64,000 nucleotides of DNA from an uncultured Chloroflexia bacterium. Its GTDB lineage: Bacteria > Chloroflexota > Limnocylindria > QHBO01. The notes under the pieces were generated by a model that had not been told where the DNA came from, did not search any database, and saw only the letters and a program-made list of their open reading frames with translations. Position 1 is the stretch's first letter, and the number at the start of each line of letters is the position of its first letter. The position numbers and the translations under genes were made by a program. Positions 60,148-64,000 of the stretch are shown in pieces. Where the stretch lies: contig CAWGTN010000003.1 of NCBI GenBank assembly GCA_963825525.1, positions 1 to 64,000 on the forward strand, in the 5' to 3' direction.

Positions 60148-60164
60148 GCGGCGTTGCGCACCGA

Positions 60165-61163
60165 TCAGACCGTGACGATCACCTTGCCGCGAGCGCGCAT
60201 CGTCTCGAGGTACCGAATGGCATCGGCCGTCTCGGCCAGGGGATAGCAGCGGTCGATGACCGACCGAATGGTCCCTGCCTCGGCGAGCTCCTTCATGAAC
60301 AGCAGATCGTCGCGCTTGATGTCGGTCAGCATGGAGCCCAGCCGCCGATCACCGAAGCGGGAGATCTGTTGCGCCGAGAGCATGCGAGCGATCGGGCCGA
60401 TCCAGTCGCCCTTCGATGCACCCACCCCGACCAGGCGGCCGCGCGGCGAGAGCACCCGCCGCATGGCCAGCAGCGAGTGGTTGGCCGCGTTGTCGATGAT
60501 GAGGTCATAGCGCTGGCGCTCGCGCGTGAAGTTCGTCGTCGTGTAGTCGATGACGTGGTCCGCTCCGAGCGACCGCACCAGATCCACGTTCCCCGCGCTG
60601 CAGACGCCGGTGACCTCCGCGCCGAAATGCTTCGCCAGCTGGACGGCGTAGGTGCCGACACCGCCCGAGGCGCCGTTGATGAGGACTCGCTCACCACCCT
60701 TGATGTCGCCGTGCTCACGGAGCGCCTGAAGGGCCGTGACGGCGGCAACCGGGATGGCCGCAGCCTCCGACGGGGTCATATTGGCGGGAGCGTGCACGAA
60801 GAGCCGCTCCGGCCCGCAGACATACTCGGCGCAGGCCCGCGTCTTCTCGCCGAAGACCTCGTCACCTGGTTGCACCATCGTCACGTCGCGGCCCACCGCC
60901 TCGACCACTCCGGCAACGTCGATGCCGGGGATGTTGCGCTTCGGGGTGCGCCATCCCGAGGTCGTCCGGACGATGTACGGCTTGCCGCGCAGCACGTGCC
61001 AGTCGAGCGGATTCACTGCGGCGGCACGCACCCGGACGAGAACGTCGCCGGCGCCCGGGATCGGCTTCGGCACGTGCTCCACCCGAAGGATGTCGGGCGA
61101 CCCATACCTGCGGTACACGATCGCCTTCATGGACTCGGCGGAGCTCGGGTTCTCGATCGTCAT
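60165..61163 (-). CDS. NAD(P)-dependent zinc-independent MDR oxidoreductase
   Basis: MKAIVY, VNPLDW, INGASGGVG, ARGKVIV. Confidence 0.9.
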   Translation of the reverse strand: MTIENPSSAESMKAIVYRRYGSPDILRVEHVPKPIPGAGDVLVRVRAAAVNPLDWHVLRGKPYIVRTTSGWRTPKRNIPGIDVAGVVEAVGRDVTMVQPGDEVFGEKTRACAEYVCGPERLFVHAPANMTPSEAAAIPVAAVTALQALREHGDIKGGERVLINGASGGVGTYAVQLAKHFGAEVTGVCSAGNVDLVRSLGADHVIDYTTTNFTRERQRYDLIIDNAANHSLLAMRRVLSPRGRLVGVGASKGDWIGPIARMLSAQQISRFGDRRLGSMLTDIKRDDLLFMKELAEAGTIRSVIDRCYPLAETADAIRYLETMRARGKVIVTV

Positions 61164-61186
61164 CGGCCTCTCTGGTGGTGGTTCGT

Positions 61187-61222
61187 TCGTACGCTGTAAG
61201 ACGCTACTCGTACGGTGTAAGA
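61187..61222. promoter_or_regulatory. tandem TetR-type operators
   Basis: TCGTACGCTGTAAGA (61187) and TCGTACGGTGTAAGA (61208) between the divergent MDR and TetR genes. Confidence 0.7.
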
Positions 61223-61230
61223 TTGTCAAC

Positions 61231-61905
61231 ATGCCAGCCAGAACGCCATCCCGTACCAGCCCGCGGCCGGCGATGAGTCGCGAGCGGGTGATGGAGGCTG
61301 CCATCGGCCTGGCCGACGAAGCGGGGATCGGCTCACTGAGCATGCGCAGGCTGGCCCAGGAGCTCGGCGTGGAGGCGATGACCCTCTACTACTACGTCGC
61401 CAACAAGAACGAGATCCTCGACGGGATCGTCGACATGGTGGTCGCCGAGATGGAACTGCCGCCCGCCGGCGCGGAGTGGAAGGCGGCGGTGCGCCGGACC
61501 GCGACCTCGGCGCACGAGGTCCTCCAGGCCCATCCCTGGGCGGCGGGCCTGCTGCTGTCGCCGTCGCGCGTCAGCCAGGCCAGGCTGCGCTGGATCGATG
61601 CGCTGCTCGGGACGTTGCGCGGGGCCGGCTTCTCGGCGGAGATGACCGACCACGCCTATCACGCGCTCGACAGCCACATCATGGGATTCACGCTGTGGGT
61701 GGTGGGGATGGATCTCAACGGCGGGACCGACCTGGAGGCACTGGCCACCGAGTTCCTTGCACAGCTGCCCCGCAGCGAGATGCCGCACCTTGCCGAGCAC
61801 GTGGAGCAGCACCTCAAGCCACGCGAGGCCGATGACGAAGGCGACTTCGTCTTCGGATTGGACCTCATCCTCGATGGACTCGAGCGGATCCTCATCGCGG
61901 CCTGA
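61231..61905 (+). CDS. TetR-family regulator (TetR_C type)
   Basis: LSMRRLAQELGVEAMTLYYYV...FVFGLDLILDGLE. Confidence 0.9.
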   Translation: MPARTPSRTSPRPAMSRERVMEAAIGLADEAGIGSLSMRRLAQELGVEAMTLYYYVANKNEILDGIVDMVVAEMELPPAGAEWKAAVRRTATSAHEVLQAHPWAAGLLLSPSRVSQARLRWIDALLGTLRGAGFSAEMTDHAYHALDSHIMGFTLWVVGMDLNGGTDLEALATEFLAQLPRSEMPHLAEHVEQHLKPREADDEGDFVFGLDLILDGLERILIAA

Positions 61906-61925
61906 GGCCCTCGGGATCGGGCGTC

Positions 61926-62103
61926 TCGATATTTCGATGAGTTTTCCACCGGGATGGGTGCCGAGGCGCGCTTCCCGCGATCTATCGAGGGCTACCGAGC
62001 GTGAGATGCGCATCGGCGTGCAGTTTCTCGCGCACACCCACTCGATCTATCGAGGATTCGGCGCGCTTACAGGCTCCCATGCGAACACCCCTCGATCTGT
62101 CGA
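61926..62103 (+). repeat. palindromic intergenic element, family 3 copy 2
   Basis: Four dyads at 61926, 61977, 62042 and 62092; same 51/65/50 spacing as copy 1. Confidence 0.85.
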
Positions 62104-62227
62104 AGGTCTCTGCGGCCTCTGCCGACGATCACCTCCAGACGCCCTCGCCGGTGCTGAGTCGATGCAATCAGAGGTGACAAGGCTCCACCTTGGCGGGCAT
62201 GTGACGTGAAGTCGCGATAATGAGCGC

Positions 62228-64000
62228 GTGACGCTCCGGCCCAAAACCGCTCCATTCGTCGGTCGAGCCCGGGAGCTCGAGCGCTTCGACGATGCGCTGC
62301 GTGGCGCCGAAGCCGACGCCTCGATCACGCTCGTCCTCATTGGCGAAGCGGGCATTGGCAAGTCGCGCCTGCTGCGCGAGTTCGAGCGACGCTCCCGTGA
62401 GCGTGGTTGGACGGTCATTTCGGGTGATTGCATTCAGGTCGGAGGTGGGGGCCACCCGTACGGGCCGATCGTCCAGGCGCTCGCCGGGTTGGTGGCCGAC
62501 ATCGGCGAGGATGCGCTCCTGGGCCTTGCACAGGTGACTCCGTCGCCGCTCGGCAGATTACTGCCTGGCCTTGCGGACCTCGAATCGCCCGTCGACCTCG
62601 ATGATCTCGATACCGCGCAATGGCGTCTTTTTGGATCGGTGCTGTCGCTCCTCGAGCGGATCGGGGAAGAGCGGGGCCTGGTATTCACGATCGACGACTT
62701 CCAGTGGGCCGACCCGTCGACGCGCGAGCTCGTGCAGTTCCTGGTCGCCGCGCTTCGCTCGCCGCGCGTTGTCCTTGTGCTCGCGGCCCGAAGGGGATCG
62801 GGCGAGGAGGGCGCCGGCTTGCCGTCGTTCCTTGGCGACCTATGGCGGCACGCACGAGTCGAGCGCGTGAACGTCGGCCAGTTCAATCGGAGCGAGGTGG
62901 CCGAGCAGATGGAAAGCCTTCGCGGCCGCCCGGTCGAGCGAGTGGACGTGGACGCCATGCTGGCACGTTCGGACGGCAATCCATTCTTCATCGAAGTCCT
63001 TGCCGGGGCGGCCGGGCGGGACGACGAACCGCTTCCGGCAACGCTCAAGGACGTCGTGATGAGCCGGATCAGCCAGCTCGACGAGGACGCCCGCACCGTC
63101 GTGGAGGTGGCGGCCATCGCGGGCAGGCTTGTCGACCACGATCTCCTGTCGGACGCGGCTGGCCTGCAGCCTGATCGGTTGTCGTCCGGCCTGCGTGGCG
63201 CTATCCACGCAGGGGTGCTGGACGTCGACTCAACCGGGGAGCGCTACGAGTTCCACCACGCTCTTCAGCAGGAGGCCGTCTACTCCCGCGTGTTGCCGGC
63301 GGATCGACGCCGGATGCACCTCGCATATGCTCAATTGCTCGCTGCCCGCCGCGGTGGTTCGGCGGCCGGTCGCGCAGCCGAGATTGCCCACCACCTCGAT
63401 TCGGCGCACGAGCCTGCAGAGGCGATCCCCGCGTTTGTGAGCGCAGCACGCGAAGCCATTCGCTTGTATGCGTTCCAGCAGGCTCTCGGCCAGATGGAAC
63501 GCGCGCTTGCCTTGATTGAGCTTCACCCCGACGTCGCCGATTCGTTGGGCATCGACCGGGTCGCTCTGCTGGCAATCGCGGCCGATGCAGCTTCGAACGG
63601 TGGTCTCGCCGAGCAGGCGATGAGCCTCGGTCGTCGGGCGGTTGACCTGAACGGTCAATCAGAGCCCCTTCGTCAGGCCCTGCTTCGAGAGCGGCTGGCG
63701 GACTACCTCGTCCAGGTCGGACAGATCGAAGGTGGTCTGTCCGAGCTCCGCTCGGCGGCGCGGCTCATCGAGTCGCAGCCCGCGGACGCGGAACGCGCCC
63801 GAATCGGTGCCGCCATGGCCCGCACGCTCATGCTCGCCTCCAATCTTACGGAAGCCGTCCCATTGGCCGAGCAAGCGATCGCATTGGCGAACCGATCATC
63901 CGCTCCTGCCGCGGAGGCGAGCGCGTTGATCACGCTCGGCGTGGCGCAGGCTGGACTGGGGAGGGTGGATGACGGCCTGGGTAACCTCCGACGGGGGCTC
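62228..64000 (+). CDS. STAND/AAA ATPase regulator (probably LuxR-type), runs off the window
   Basis: My translation: FVGRARELE...GEAGIGKSRL...IDDFQWADPST...SDGNPFFIE...EFHHAL. Confidence 0.85.
   Translation, partial: MTLRPKTAPFVGRARELERFDDALRGAEADASITLVLIGEAGIGKSRLLREFERRSRERGWTVISGDCIQVGGGGHPYGPIVQALAGLVADIGEDALLGLAQVTPSPLGRLLPGLADLESPVDLDDLDTAQWRLFGSVLSLLERIGEERGLVFTIDDFQWADPSTRELVQFLVAALRSPRVVLVLAARRGSGEEGAGLPSFLGDLWRHARVERVNVGQFNRSEVAEQMESLRGRPVERVDVDAMLARSDGNPFFIEVLAGAAGRDDEPLPATLKDVVMSRISQLDEDARTVVEVAAIAGRLVDHDLLSDAAGLQPDRLSSGLRGAIHAGVLDVDSTGERYEFHHALQQEAVYSRVLPADRRRMHLAYAQLLAARRGGSAAGRAAEIAHHLDSAHEPAEAIPAFVSAAREAIRLYAFQQALGQMERALALIELHPDVADSLGIDRVALLAIAADAASNGGLAEQAMSLGRRAVDLNGQSEPLRQALLRERLADYLVQVGQIEGGLSELRSAARLIESQPADAERARIGAAMARTLMLASNLTEAVPLAEQAIALANRSSAPAAEASALITLGVAQAGLGRVDDGLGNLRRGL

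Noticed and set aside
1-64000. tRNA, rRNA, riboswitch, transposase or integrase
   Set aside because: None recognisable by eye; tRNAscan-SE, Infernal/Rfam and ISEScan would be needed to exclude them formally.

Overview
High-GC bacterial accessory region. The gene content suggests a soil or sediment Chloroflexota or actinobacterial genome, but that is inference only. Many single-base frameshifts, densest in the first 11 kb, look like long-read consensus errors. No rRNA, tRNA, CRISPR array, integrase or transposase was seen. From left to right: (1) a defence-like island with a TIGR02391/HEPN-like gene and a translationally coupled minus-strand operon of DUF2075 nuclease-helicase, PD-(D/E)xK nuclease and Ski2-like DEAH helicase (Hachiman-like); (2) two small cargo segments delimited by copies of exactly the first 60 codons of the DUF2075 gene, which resembles tandem integration at a gene-internal site; (3) a VapBC pair, a Rid protein, gene remnants, a CWB2 surface protein and peptidase E; (4) a TetR-controlled locus with a nucleotidyltransferase-fold gene divergent from a metallophosphoesterase, APC permease, TPP-dependent E1 alpha/beta (no E2/E3), agmatinase-family enzyme, SDR, SnoaL-like protein and creatininase; (5) a mosaic of single genes (thermonuclease, FMO, LuxR/STAND regulators, LigD polymerase domain, MarR-RND, Vgb, ANT-like, serine hydrolase); (6) an ArsR-DsrE-TusA-DsrE2-TusA-SQR sulfur operon. 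The main non-genic signal is a set of 105-180 bp intergenic palindromic elements in at least three sequence families. Within each family the internal spacing is exactly or nearly conserved while the spacers diverge. The families share a CCACGCTC-like core, and same-family copies bracket gene modules as direct repeats.
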